From an uncultured bacterium (GTDB taxonomy: Bacteria > SAR324 > NAC60-12): a DNA stretch of 64,000 nucleotides. Both the position numbers and the translations under genes were made by a program. Below, piece by piece: positions 1 to 8,674 of the stretch (positions are counted from its first letter, which is position 1; each line of letters begins with the position of its first letter). The notes under the pieces were generated by a model that was not told the DNA's origin, made no database searches, and was given only the letters and a program-made list of their open reading frames with translations. Where the stretch lies: assembly GCA_965662235.1 (NCBI GenBank), contig CBFIGY010000014.1:10780-74779 (forward strand). The letters run 5' to 3'.

Positions 1-1
1 A

Positions 2-964
2 GACACCATCTGCACCCGAGAGGCGCCGAAGGCCCTGCGCCGGATCACCGTGGATGAGCCGACGGTGACCATGCTCTTTGGCCCCAACACCTCGCCCTTC
101 TCCGGACAGGAAGGCAAGCTGGTGCAGTCGACCAAGATCCGGGACCGCCTGAAGCTTGAGACCCTCCGAAACGTGTCGTTGCAGTACGAAGAGGCGCAAG
201 GGGAATCGTTTCTGGTGAAGGGACGGGGCGAGCTGCAGATGGCCGTGCTCATTGAGACCATGCGTCGCGAAGGATTTGAGCTGACGGTGGGACGTCCGGA
301 GGTCATCTACCGCGGTGAAGGCAGCCAGCGGGAAGAGCCGATTGAAGACGTGTTTGTGGACTGCGAGGAGCAGTTTCTGGGCATCGTCTCTGAGAAGCTG
401 TCGCTGCGCAAGGGACGAATGGTGAACCTCGTCAACCATGGCACCGGACGCATCCGGGCCCAGTTTCATGTGCCCACCCGGGGCCTGATCGGGTACCGTT
501 CCGAGTTTCTGACGGACACCCGGGGCACGGGCATCCTCAACTCCTACCTCCTGGGCTACGAGCCCTATCGCGGTGACTTCCCCACCCGCCTGACGGGCTC
601 CTTGGTTTCCGACCGGTCCGGCGAAGCCGTCGCCTACGCCCTCTTCAATCTGGAGCCCCGGGGACGGCTGTTTGTGGTTCCGGGCACCCGGGTCTACGAG
701 GGCATGATCATTGGGGAGCACAACCGCAACAATGACCTCAATGTGAACGCCTGCAAGGAGAAGAAGCTCACCAACGTTCGGGCTTCAGGGAAGGATGACA
801 ACATCCAGCTCACCCCGGTCATTCCCCTCACGCTGGAGCGCTCCATTGAGTGGCTGGCAGAAGACGAGTGCCTCGAGGTGACCCCCAAGAACATCCGCCT
901 CCGGAAGCTGTGGCTGACGCTCAATGAACGCGAACGGTACGGCAAACGCAAAAAAAGTGCCTGA
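2..964 (+). CDS. typA: Translational GTPase TypA/BipA, 3' part (5' end lies outside the window)
   Basis: Frame is open from base 2 (DTICTREAPKAL...). BipA motifs GRGELQMAVLIETMRREG, EPIEDVFVD, RGLIGYRSEFLTDTRG, YEGMIIGE and EVTPKNIRLRK. Confidence 0.96.
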   Translation, partial: DTICTREAPKALRRITVDEPTVTMLFGPNTSPFSGQEGKLVQSTKIRDRLKLETLRNVSLQYEEAQGESFLVKGRGELQMAVLIETMRREGFELTVGRPEVIYRGEGSQREEPIEDVFVDCEEQFLGIVSEKLSLRKGRMVNLVNHGTGRIRAQFHVPTRGLIGYRSEFLTDTRGTGILNSYLLGYEPYRGDFPTRLTGSLVSDRSGEAVAYALFNLEPRGRLFVVPGTRVYEGMIIGEHNRNNDLNVNACKEKKLTNVRASGKDDNIQLTPVIPLTLERSIEWLAEDECLEVTPKNIRLRKLWLTLNERERYGKRKKSA

Positions 965-978
965 GTCCGCACGGAAAA

Positions 979-1012
979 GCCCTTGAAAAAGCAAGGGCAT
1001 CCGAGGCAAAAT
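979..1012 (+). promoter_or_regulatory. Hairpin GCCCTTG-N6-CAAGGGC overlapping a possible sigma70 promoter (TTGAAA-N18-CAAAAT)
   Basis: 7-bp perfect inverted repeat at 979-998, plus -35/-10-like hexamers upstream of the ORF at 1053. Confidence 0.3.
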
Positions 1013-1052
1013 AGGTCCTTTCGGATCATCCCTTTTTCTCGTAAGGAATCCC

Positions 1053-1445
1053 GTGAAGCGCTACACCTTCAACCGACAGAACTACAACATCTTCAAGAGC
1101 GACGCTGAGGCCGAGCGTCCCTTCCTCTACTTCTTCTGGGGAAAGTTTGACTTCCGCCTCATCCTGGTTCCGACGGATGCAGAAACCGCAGAGGCGGCGC
1201 CCAAGAAGAGCTTTCAGCGTGAAGGTCAGTTCTTCACCGTAGAGGCCTTTCAGCTCAAGCACCACAACGCGTGGTTCGACTACGTCAAGCCTACCGCTCA
1301 TGGTCTGCAGCTGGAAGAGACCAAGTGGCAAAATGGAGACAAGGCCCACTACATGGAGATTCCGCAAAACCTCCACGGCCTCGCTTGCCAGATGGCCGCA
1401 GAGGAATTGGGCCTCGCCCTGCTGCATCACGCGACGGCTTCATGA
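1053..1445 (+). CDS. Hypothetical protein (130 aa), translationally coupled to miaB
   Basis: GTG start after an AAGGA RBS, typical codon usage, and a stop that overlaps the miaB start (ATGA). Confidence 0.8.
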   Translation: MKRYTFNRQNYNIFKSDAEAERPFLYFFWGKFDFRLILVPTDAETAEAAPKKSFQREGQFFTVEAFQLKHHNAWFDYVKPTAHGLQLEETKWQNGDKAHYMEIPQNLHGLACQMAAEELGLALLHHATAS

Positions 1446-2782
1446 ACCACCCGCTCCCCTCCCGGCGCAAGGTCCACATCCAGACCTGGGGCTGTCAGAT
1501 GAATGAGTATGACAGCGACAAGATGCTGGAGGTCCTGCGTCGTGAAAACTACGAGTTCACCGAACAACTGGACGATGCCGACCTGATCCTGCTCAACACC
1601 TGCTCGGTCCGGGACAAAGCGGAACAGAAGGTTTACAGCTTCCTCGGCAGCCTCCGGGAACTGAAGCAGCAGCGTCCGCACCTGAAGGTTGGGGTGGGCG
1701 GATGCGTGGCTCAGCAGGAAGGACGGGAGATCCTGCGACGGGCGGACACCGTGGACCTCGTCTTTGGCACCGACAACCTCTATGACCTCCCGGATCTGCT
1801 GGCAGAGGTGGAAGGCGGACAGCGCCTCGTTCAAACGGAACGGATCCAAGCTCGTCAGAAAGTCCGGAACTTTGTCCCCGGCTACGCCTTTGAGCCGAGC
1901 CAACCCGGATTGAAGGCACACCTTGCGATCACCAAGGGCTGCAACAACTTCTGCTCCTTCTGCATTGTCCCCATCACCCGGGGCCTAGAAGTCAGTCGCG
2001 AGCCAGCCGACATTGTCGCTGAAGCCCAGCGCCTTGTTGCTTCCGGAACCAAGGAAATCTGCCTGCTTGGACAGAACGTCAACTCCTACAAGGCCAACGG
2101 AGTCTCCTTTGTCAACCTGCTGACGGAACTGGACCAGCTGGAGGGACTGGAACGCCTTCGCTTCACCTCCCCGCACCCCAAGGATTTCCAGGAAGAGCTG
2201 GCCGACGCGTTTGTTTCGCTGCCCTCGCTGTGTGAGCAGTTGCACCTGCCTCTGCAGTCGGGTTCAAGCGCCCTGCTGCGTCGCATGCGTCGCTGGTACA
2301 CACTGGAAAAGTACCGAGACAAGGTGGAGCTGTACCGCTCACGGGTGCCGGAAGGAACCCTTTCCACCGACCTCATTGTGGGCTTCCCAGGAGAGACGGA
2401 AGCCGACTTCGAGGCGACCCTGTCGGCAGTCCGTGAATTCCGCTTTGACCTCATCTACGCCTTCAAGTACTCTCCTCGTCCAGGAACACCAGCAGCCGAG
2501 TACGACGGGCAGCTTCCGGAAGACGTCAAGCGGGAGCGGTTGCGGGTGCTGCTGGAAGAGCAAGACCGCATCTCGCGAGAGCGCAACGAGGCGCTGATTG
2601 GGACCACTCAGGAACTGCTCATCGAAGGCCCCCATCCTCGGCGCCCGCACAGCCTCACCGGCCGGACCCGAGGAAATCACGCCGTTTCTGTGGCACACCG
2701 CCACGCCTCCGTTGGTGACCTCCTTCCGGTGCGGATCACAGCAGCCCGGACGTATGCTCTGGAAGCCGAAGCGCTCTCCTGA
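1442..2782 (+). CDS. miaB: tRNA-2-methylthio-N6-dimethylallyladenosine synthase MiaB
   Basis: TWGCQMNEYDS, NTCSVRDKAEQK, radical SAM motif CNNFCSFC, STDLIVGFPGET, YSPRPGTPA and a C-terminal TRAM domain. Start placed at ATG 1442. Confidence 0.95.
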   Translation: MNHPLPSRRKVHIQTWGCQMNEYDSDKMLEVLRRENYEFTEQLDDADLILLNTCSVRDKAEQKVYSFLGSLRELKQQRPHLKVGVGGCVAQQEGREILRRADTVDLVFGTDNLYDLPDLLAEVEGGQRLVQTERIQARQKVRNFVPGYAFEPSQPGLKAHLAITKGCNNFCSFCIVPITRGLEVSREPADIVAEAQRLVASGTKEICLLGQNVNSYKANGVSFVNLLTELDQLEGLERLRFTSPHPKDFQEELADAFVSLPSLCEQLHLPLQSGSSALLRRMRRWYTLEKYRDKVELYRSRVPEGTLSTDLIVGFPGETEADFEATLSAVREFRFDLIYAFKYSPRPGTPAAEYDGQLPEDVKRERLRVLLEEQDRISRERNEALIGTTQELLIEGPHPRRPHSLTGRTRGNHAVSVAHRHASVGDLLPVRITAARTYALEAEALS

Positions 2783-2798
2783 CCTCCTACGCCCCCTC

Positions 2799-2831
2799 GG
2801 CCTGCCCGCGCACGTCGGGGCGGGTCTTTTC
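2799..2831 (+). terminator. Probable intrinsic terminator after miaB
   Basis: Stem GGCCTGCCC/GGGCGGGTC (with G-U pairs) followed by TTTT. Confidence 0.5.
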
Positions 2832-2889
2832 GTTTGTCACACAACCCTGTAGCAGCGTCACCGTTGCTCCTCTCTCTCATCTGGCACGG

Positions 2890-3885
2890 ATGCTGGCCCC
2901 TAAGGTCATTCACCACCCCAAAGAACTGCAGTGTCCGGTGTGCCGGAAGCCGGGGGAGTGTGACCGCCACCTCGTGGAGTCGTGGCAGGAAGGTCGGCGG
3001 CCAGACCACCTAGGACGCCTGCTGAAGGAGCATCCTAACGCCTTTCCCATGCGGGGTCCGTTGCGAGAACGGTTTCCCAACCCTGAGGCCTGCTTTGAAG
3101 GATGTGTGCTGGTGGAGCACGACGAGCACCCTCCTTCCGGACACCTTCCCCTCTTCACCGGAGAGGCTCTGATTCACAGCAACCGTCCGGTGCGCTGGAT
3201 CTCCCTCTATCACCGAGAGGGGCCTCAGCTGCTGGAGCAGTACCAGCGCCTCATCCTCGCTCAGCTGAGCCGCTCCCGGCAGGTCCGGACCATCCTCAAG
3301 ACGCTCAAACGCGGATCCTCCAAGAAGCTTCAAGGTGAGCAAGGCTCGCTCTTCCAAGAAGACGCCCCCGCGCCTTCGCCCCAAGCCGACCCGAAAGCAA
3401 AGCCTTCGCAATCCCCCACGCCGACGCGTCGACGTCCGGCCTCCCGGAAGGCGTCATCCGCTTCTACGGCGGCTACCGCTCCTCCTTTGTCCTCCAAACC
3501 TCCAGCCGAGCACTCAGAGCCTCGACCCGTTCCTCCGGAAGAAGAAGCATTGGCTCAGGCGCTGGCCCCTCTGGATGAAGCACGTCCCTCAGGAGCCTCC
3601 GGGCGAGCTAACCCCGACGTTTCAGAAGCGGTTTCTCCGGAATCAACGACCCCGGCGCCGGAAGTTCCGGATTACGTTGATGAGATGGCAGAGCACCTTG
3701 CGGGTCCGCTGCAGCCTCTTCCTGATGAGAACGATCCGGTGCTGTATCAGCTGATTCCCGATGATGCGATGGAAATTGCTGCGTTTATGTCAGGCTTGGA
3801 TTCCGAAGAAGATGACGGCAGCGATTCCATGTCCCGGCGCGACCGTTCCCTCTGGGCAGAAGAAATGATGAAGAACCTGTTGTAG
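2890..3885 (+). CDS. Hypothetical protein with a Cys/His N-terminal domain and a Pro/Ser/acidic disordered C-terminal half
   Basis: 331-aa ORF filling the gap between miaB and the convergent EamA gene; CPVC-x5-C-x2-H near the N-terminus. Confidence 0.7.
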   Translation: MLAPKVIHHPKELQCPVCRKPGECDRHLVESWQEGRRPDHLGRLLKEHPNAFPMRGPLRERFPNPEACFEGCVLVEHDEHPPSGHLPLFTGEALIHSNRPVRWISLYHREGPQLLEQYQRLILAQLSRSRQVRTILKTLKRGSSKKLQGEQGSLFQEDAPAPSPQADPKAKPSQSPTPTRRRPASRKASSASTAATAPPLSSKPPAEHSEPRPVPPEEEALAQALAPLDEARPSGASGRANPDVSEAVSPESTTPAPEVPDYVDEMAEHLAGPLQPLPDENDPVLYQLIPDDAMEIAAFMSGLDSEEDDGSDSMSRRDRSLWAEEMMKNLL

Positions 3886-3888
3886 CAG

Positions 3889-4791
3889 TCAGCCGGTCGG
3901 ATTCGACGGCCGGAAGATTCGCTCCCACGGCAACTCCGCCAGCAGCATGCCGGCGAGAATCAGCCCGCACCCTCCGATCTCCGCAGCACTCAGCACCTCC
4001 CCTGCCCAAAAGACTCCGGTAAAGGCCGCAAAGACGGGCTCCATGATGAAGATCAGCGCGACCCGTGTGGGCGTGGTGTGCTTCTGAAAGTGCGTCTGCG
4101 CAAAGAACGCGATGGCGGTGGCAAAGATGCCTGTCACAACGAGTGCGCCCAGCACCTCCGGACTGAAGAGGATTTCCGGATCAAAGATGAGGCGCCAGTT
4201 CTCCGTTGCCCCTGCAAACCCAGCGCTAAGCAAAGCCACCACCGCCGTCTGGATGACCGTCAGCGGTAGCGCCGCGTGCTCCTGGGTATACCGAGCCGTG
4301 AAGACGATGTGGAGCGCAAAGGCGGCTCCGCACAGGGCGGCCAGCACGTCTCCCGGATTCCAGTCCCCCAGCCCACCTCCAGTCAGGAGAAACAGCCCCC
4401 CCACAGCCACCGTCACTCCGAGCAAGGCGCTTGGTGCAGGACGGCGCTTGAGGATCAGCAAGGTGAAGAGTGGGACAAAGATCGCGTACAGGCCGGTCAG
4501 AAACGCCGTCTTCGAGGAGGTCGTCAGGGTGAGGGCCACGGTCTGCAGCCCAAACGCCAAGCAGAGCCAAAAGCCCAGCAGCGCTCCGTGCAGAAGCAGC
4601 CGTTTGCTAGGCGCTGTTCCTTGGCGTCCCCACCAGACGCTGGCCAGCACTCCGGCGGCAATGGTAAACCGGACCGTGTTGAAGGAAAGCGGCTCCAGCA
4701 GAGCCACCGCATTCTGGACCACCACGAAGGTCGTGCCCCAGACCAAGGCGACGCTGAGCAGAATGCCATCTGCCCGAAGGTGAGAGCTCAT
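3889..4791 (-). CDS. EamA/DMT family transporter
   Basis: About 10 TM helices with WGTTFVVV, RFTIAA, GLQT, AFLTGLY and MEPVFAA motifs. Confidence 0.92.
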   Translation of the reverse strand: MSSHLRADGILLSVALVWGTTFVVVQNAVALLEPLSFNTVRFTIAAGVLASVWWGRQGTAPSKRLLLHGALLGFWLCLAFGLQTVALTLTTSSKTAFLTGLYAIFVPLFTLLILKRRPAPSALLGVTVAVGGLFLLTGGGLGDWNPGDVLAALCGAAFALHIVFTARYTQEHAALPLTVIQTAVVALLSAGFAGATENWRLIFDPEILFSPEVLGALVVTGIFATAIAFFAQTHFQKHTTPTRVALIFIMEPVFAAFTGVFWAGEVLSAAEIGGCGLILAGMLLAELPWERIFRPSNPTG

Positions 4792-4815
4792 GAAGAGGAC
4801 AAAAAGGGGAGGGCG

Positions 4816-5052
4816 TCAGTCAATGAGGGAGCTGTCCCGAACCCGGGGATTGGGAGGCGTTCGCGGCTCACGGGGGCGTTCACAGAGGGCGTTGTCGGTG
4901 TAGTTGACCACTCGACGCAGGGGCGGGTCTTCGGACTCATACACGCAGCTGTCCCCCCGGTTCACCCAGGTGGTGGAGCACCCACTCAGCACCAGCATGA
5001 GCCCCGTCAGGCAAGCAAGTTGCAGACGGACTTTCAAGAATTTAGGGTTCAC
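4816..5052 (-). CDS. Small putative lipoprotein
   Basis: Basic N-terminus, hydrophobic stretch, lipobox LSGC and two further Cys. Confidence 0.6.
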   Translation of the reverse strand: MNPKFLKVRLQLACLTGLMLVLSGCSTTWVNRGDSCVYESEDPPLRRVVNYTDNALCERPREPRTPPNPRVRDSSLID

Positions 5053-5232
5053 TGCGAGGCCTCAGCATTGTTTTTGCAAGAGCTTCCGTTTGGAGGAAGC
5101 AGCGCTTGTTGACTCCCTAGAGCAGCAGGCTCATTCGCGTACTGCTCTCAGAAGGATAGGTTTTTTTCCCGTAAGATCAAGATGAAGCGCTGGTCCTCCG
5201 CTCACTCAATCATCTGCAGCTAACGTATATTT

Positions 5233-6414
5233 GTGACGATTCAAATCGGCACGGGGCTTTCCCAGAATCCCGATTCGCTTCTGGCCACTCGAGAGGCCTA
5301 CCAACAGGCCTGTCGCGCTGCCGGATGCGATCACCCCCCCGACTGGATTCTCCTGTTCTTCAACACGCCTCACATGGAGCAATCCGAGCAGATCCACGAC
5401 CTGCTGGCGGAAATCTGTTCGTGTGTGGTGGGTGGGAGCTTTTCCGGAGTGCTGACGGGCGCTGGAGAGGTTCTGGAGGAGCCTGCCATTGCGCTGATGA
5501 TCGGCGTCACTCCGGGCGTCGAGGCCAGTGGCTTTGTTCACTTTCAGGAACTGGAACACAGCATGAGTGTGATGCAACAGGTCAAGGAGACCCTGGAGCA
5601 GCAGGCCCACCAGCCACTCCTGTTGACCTTTCCTGACACCTATGAGCACCAGCCCCACAACCTCATCAACACCCTCAACTTCGCGCGTTCCCGTCCGGTC
5701 GCCTTTGGAGCCGCTTCCTGCAACGACGGCACCTATCAGCAGGCCGTCCAAGTGGGGCCTCGAGGAGCAGCTCTCAGCGGCGTGTCCGGAATCACCTTCT
5801 CCGGCATTCCTCACTTTCAGGCCGGAGTCACTCAGGCGTGTGTCACCATGGGGGAGCCCATGTTCATCACTGAGGTCCGGGACAACCAGATTCTGAAGCT
5901 GGATGACTTTCCGGCGCTTGAGGTGTTCATCACCGTGGCTTCCGAGCTGGGGATCCGTGAGCTGGAAACCGCCGCCCAGCACCTGCTCTTCAGCCTGCCG
6001 CTGGATCGGCAACAGCCCAGCTTTGGAGGAGAGTCCGCTTTGGTCCGGGGCCTGACGGGCGTTGATGTGGTTTCGCAGGGACTGGAGCTGGCCGAGTTTG
6101 TTCAAGAAGGCATGGTCGTCTCCTTTGCCTACCGCAGCGCTGTCACCGCCGAACAGGACTTCCGGGAGATGCTGCAGCGCCTCAAGCAGCAGGACGAGCG
6201 TCGCCCCAGCTTTGGTGTCTACCTCAACTGTGCGGCACGAGGAACCGCGCTTTACGGGCGCCCCAACGTTGACACCGAGGCCATTCGGGAGGTGCTGGGA
6301 GAGTTTCCGCTGATCGGTTGTTTCGGAGGCTATGAGCTGGGCACCGTCTCTCAGGGACTCAACCTCTACACCCACACCGGCGTGCTGCTGCTCGCCTACT
6401 TGGACGAGGCATGA
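5233..6414 (+). CDS. FIST N/C domain signal-transduction protein
   Basis: FIST hallmarks: GVTQAC-x3-G-x2-M-x-IT, N-x-I-x2-LD-x2-PA, NCAARG-x2-LYG and PLIGCFGGYELG. Confidence 0.88.
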   Translation: MTIQIGTGLSQNPDSLLATREAYQQACRAAGCDHPPDWILLFFNTPHMEQSEQIHDLLAEICSCVVGGSFSGVLTGAGEVLEEPAIALMIGVTPGVEASGFVHFQELEHSMSVMQQVKETLEQQAHQPLLLTFPDTYEHQPHNLINTLNFARSRPVAFGAASCNDGTYQQAVQVGPRGAALSGVSGITFSGIPHFQAGVTQACVTMGEPMFITEVRDNQILKLDDFPALEVFITVASELGIRELETAAQHLLFSLPLDRQQPSFGGESALVRGLTGVDVVSQGLELAEFVQEGMVVSFAYRSAVTAEQDFREMLQRLKQQDERRPSFGVYLNCAARGTALYGRPNVDTEAIREVLGEFPLIGCFGGYELGTVSQGLNLYTHTGVLLLAYLDEA

Positions 6415-6923
6415 CGCTCATCCGGATCCTTCTAGGACTGAGCGTGTTCCTGAGCGGGTGTGGCTACACGCTGGAGCGGGGCAATCCGCCCCTCCCTGCA
6501 GACGCACGGACCCTCGCGCTGCTGCCGGTCCGGAACGAGACCTATGAGCCCGGGCTGGAAACAGAGGCGGCCGCTCAGATGCAGGAGCTCCTGCGCGCCA
6601 ATACGTCGGTTGTCCTGACCATCCCGGATCAGGCCGATCAGGTCCTTGAGTTCACGCTCACCCGGCTGGTTGAGTCCAAGACTGAAGCCACCACAGATGC
6701 CCCGGCTGGAGTCACTGTCAGCCTCAGTGCGCAGGCCAGCCTGCAGGACCGACGCTCCGGAGCCTACCTCTGGGAAAACGTCGGCGTCCAGGCCTCCGTC
6801 AGTGAGTCCGCGGTGAATGACTCCCTGGAACTGACTTCGGGCATTCAAACCACCCGGATTCGACAGGACCTCCTCCTGGAACTCTGCCGCAAGGTCTACG
6901 ACCGCATCTTTTTGGATTTTTAA
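6411..6923 (+). CDS. lptE: LptE-like LPS assembly lipoprotein
   Basis: Lipobox LSGCGY, NETYEPGLE motif of deltaproteobacterial LptE-like proteins, 170 aa; ATGA overlap with the FIST gene. Confidence 0.7.
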   Translation: MTLIRILLGLSVFLSGCGYTLERGNPPLPADARTLALLPVRNETYEPGLETEAAAQMQELLRANTSVVLTIPDQADQVLEFTLTRLVESKTEATTDAPAGVTVSLSAQASLQDRRSGAYLWENVGVQASVSESAVNDSLELTSGIQTTRIRQDLLLELCRKVYDRIFLDF

Positions 6924-7049
6924 GGCACGTTTCTTCTTTCTTCTTTCCGGAAACCCCTTAAAATATCGGTTTTTTCCTACTCAGCACTACAGTTCCCTTA
7001 AGCATCCGCTCAACACTGTAGTTCCCCCAACAAACCATCAGGAGTGGCC

Positions 7050-7406
7050 ATGCAGGAAGCAGATCAAGCTTACTTCCGGACTCGGCTAACAGAAATGAAG
7101 CAGGAGCTTCAGGGAGAATCAGAGGAAACCGTTCATGAAATGCGGGAAGAAAACACGCTGTTTCCCGACCCGAACGACCGAGCCTCGCTGGAAAGTGACA
7201 ACATCAACCTCCTCCGAATCCGCGATCGTGAACGTAAGTTGTTGGCCAAAGTGGAAGAGGCCCTGGAGCGTTTAGACGAAGGCACTTTCGGGATCTGTGA
7301 AGAGTGTGGGGAAGAGATTGGCGTTGAGCGCCTGAAGATTCGCCCGGTGACCACTTACTGCATTGCCTGCAAGGAACAGCAAGAAGCTGAAGAACGCCGC
7401 GGTTAA
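7050..7406 (+). CDS. dksA: RNA polymerase-binding transcription factor DksA
   Basis: Coiled-coil tip motif DPNDRAS, RIRDRERKL and C4 zinc finger CEEC...CIAC; AGGAG RBS before ATG 7050. Confidence 0.95.
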   Translation: MQEADQAYFRTRLTEMKQELQGESEETVHEMREENTLFPDPNDRASLESDNINLLRIRDRERKLLAKVEEALERLDEGTFGICEECGEEIGVERLKIRPVTTYCIACKEQQEAEERRG

Positions 7407-7421
7407 ACGTCCCTCCTGATC

Positions 7422-7443
7422 ACGGCTCTTCGGAGCCGTTTTG
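7422..7443 (+). terminator. Intrinsic terminator after dksA
   Basis: Perfect 7-bp stem ACGGCTC-TTCG-GAGCCGT with a cUUCGg loop, followed by a T-rich tract. Confidence 0.8.
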
Positions 7444-7454
7444 CTTTCCTTTCC

Positions 7455-7976
7455 TCACGACCCTCCCTTGACCTGCTTCTGAATGAACTGAGCCACCTGC
7501 TCAGGGTCATTGAGGTTCAGAACCGGAACCGGAACCGCTTGGGGAAGGGGCGCATCGGTCGCAATCGCAATCACTCCCGGCACCTGTTTCTGTAACAACG
7601 GATGCCCCAGGGCCGGACGATGCAGCTCCAGCTTGGGAAAGTCCTCTCGCTTGAAGCCCTCCACGAGCACCACGTCCAGTTCCGTGAGCGGAAGCGTTTC
7701 CAGCAATGCAGTCAGTTCAGGCGCCTCTGTCCGTTCCGGAGTCTCGCGCACCAGTGCCCAGCGGTTTTGCGATGCGACCAGCACCGCTTCAGCGCCTGCC
7801 TTTCTGAGCTCGTAGCTGTCCTTGCCAGGCCGGTCCGTTTCAAACTCGTGATGCGCGTGCTTCACCAGTCCCACCCGGAGTCCGGCGTTCCGGAGCAAGG
7901 GAATCACCTGACGCAACAGCGTTGTCTTTCCAGTACCGCTGAAGGCGCAAATGCCCAGCACCTTTGAAGGAATCAC
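7455..7976 (-). CDS. mobB: Molybdopterin-guanine dinucleotide biosynthesis protein B
   Basis: FSGTGKTTLL, KHAHHEFETDRPGKDS and LVEGFK motifs. GTG start overlaps the tupB stop (GTGA). Confidence 0.93.
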   Translation of the reverse strand: MIPSKVLGICAFSGTGKTTLLRQVIPLLRNAGLRVGLVKHAHHEFETDRPGKDSYELRKAGAEAVLVASQNRWALVRETPERTEAPELTALLETLPLTELDVVLVEGFKREDFPKLELHRPALGHPLLQKQVPGVIAIATDAPLPQAVPVPVLNLNDPEQVAQFIQKQVKGGS

Positions 7977-8674
7977 CGCCACGCGCGCTCCGATCCCTGC
8001 AGGGGCCCCAGCAGCAGGTTGATGCCCACCGACAGCACCAGCAGCAACAGCCCCAGCGCAATGCCCTGTGCAAACTCCCCCTTGCTTGTTTCCAGCGCAA
8101 TCGCCGTGGTCATGGTCCGTGTGTGGTGCAAGATGTTGCCTCCCAGCATCATTGAGGCGCCCACTTCCGAAATCAAGCGTCCGAACGCCGCCGCTAGTGC
8201 CGTCAGCAGACTGAAGCGAACCTCCTGCAACAGCGTCCACGAGGCTCGAAACGGAGAGGCGCCCAGCATCCGGGCAGCTTCCCAGGTTTGCCGAGTGGAT
8301 GCCCTGAGGGCGCCGTGCATCAAGGCCACCAGCAGCGGGAAGGACAGTACCATCTGCGCCAGCATCATTGCCTCTTGGGTGAACAGCAAACGCAGGCTGC
8401 CCAGCACCCCCTGACGCGTCAGCAGCAGGTACAGCAGCAATCCCACCAGCACCGTCGGCAACGCCATCAGTGCGTGGCAAATCGACAGCACCCACCGTCC
8501 TCCCCAAATCCGCCCCAATGCCAATCCCAGCGCCAGCCCCAATGCCAAAGGAACCGTCAGCAACAGCGCCCTCAGGGAGACGGAAAAAGACACCCCCACA
8601 ATCTCCCAGAGGGCCGGATCTCCTTGCAGCAACAGCAACAACGCCTGCTGAAAGGGTTCCCACAGCGACTCCAT
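7973..8674 (-). CDS. tupB: Tungstate ABC transporter permease TupB
   Basis: LPTVLVGL, EAA loop (EAARMLGAS), AAFGRLISEVGASMMLGGNI and TRTMTTAIALETSKG. ATG 8674 overlaps the tupA stop (TGATG). Confidence 0.9.
   Translation of the reverse strand: MESLWEPFQQALLLLLQGDPALWEIVGVSFSVSLRALLLTVPLALGLALGLALGRIWGGRWVLSICHALMALPTVLVGLLLYLLLTRQGVLGSLRLLFTQEAMMLAQMVLSFPLLVALMHGALRASTRQTWEAARMLGASPFRASWTLLQEVRFSLLTALAAAFGRLISEVGASMMLGGNILHHTRTMTTAIALETSKGEFAQGIALGLLLLVLSVGINLLLGPLQGSERAWR

Noticed and set aside
7455..8663. Apparent 402-aa MobB with a long N-terminal extension
   Set aside because: The extension is an alternative frame of tupB. MobB homology starts at the GTG at 7976, which overlaps the tupB stop.
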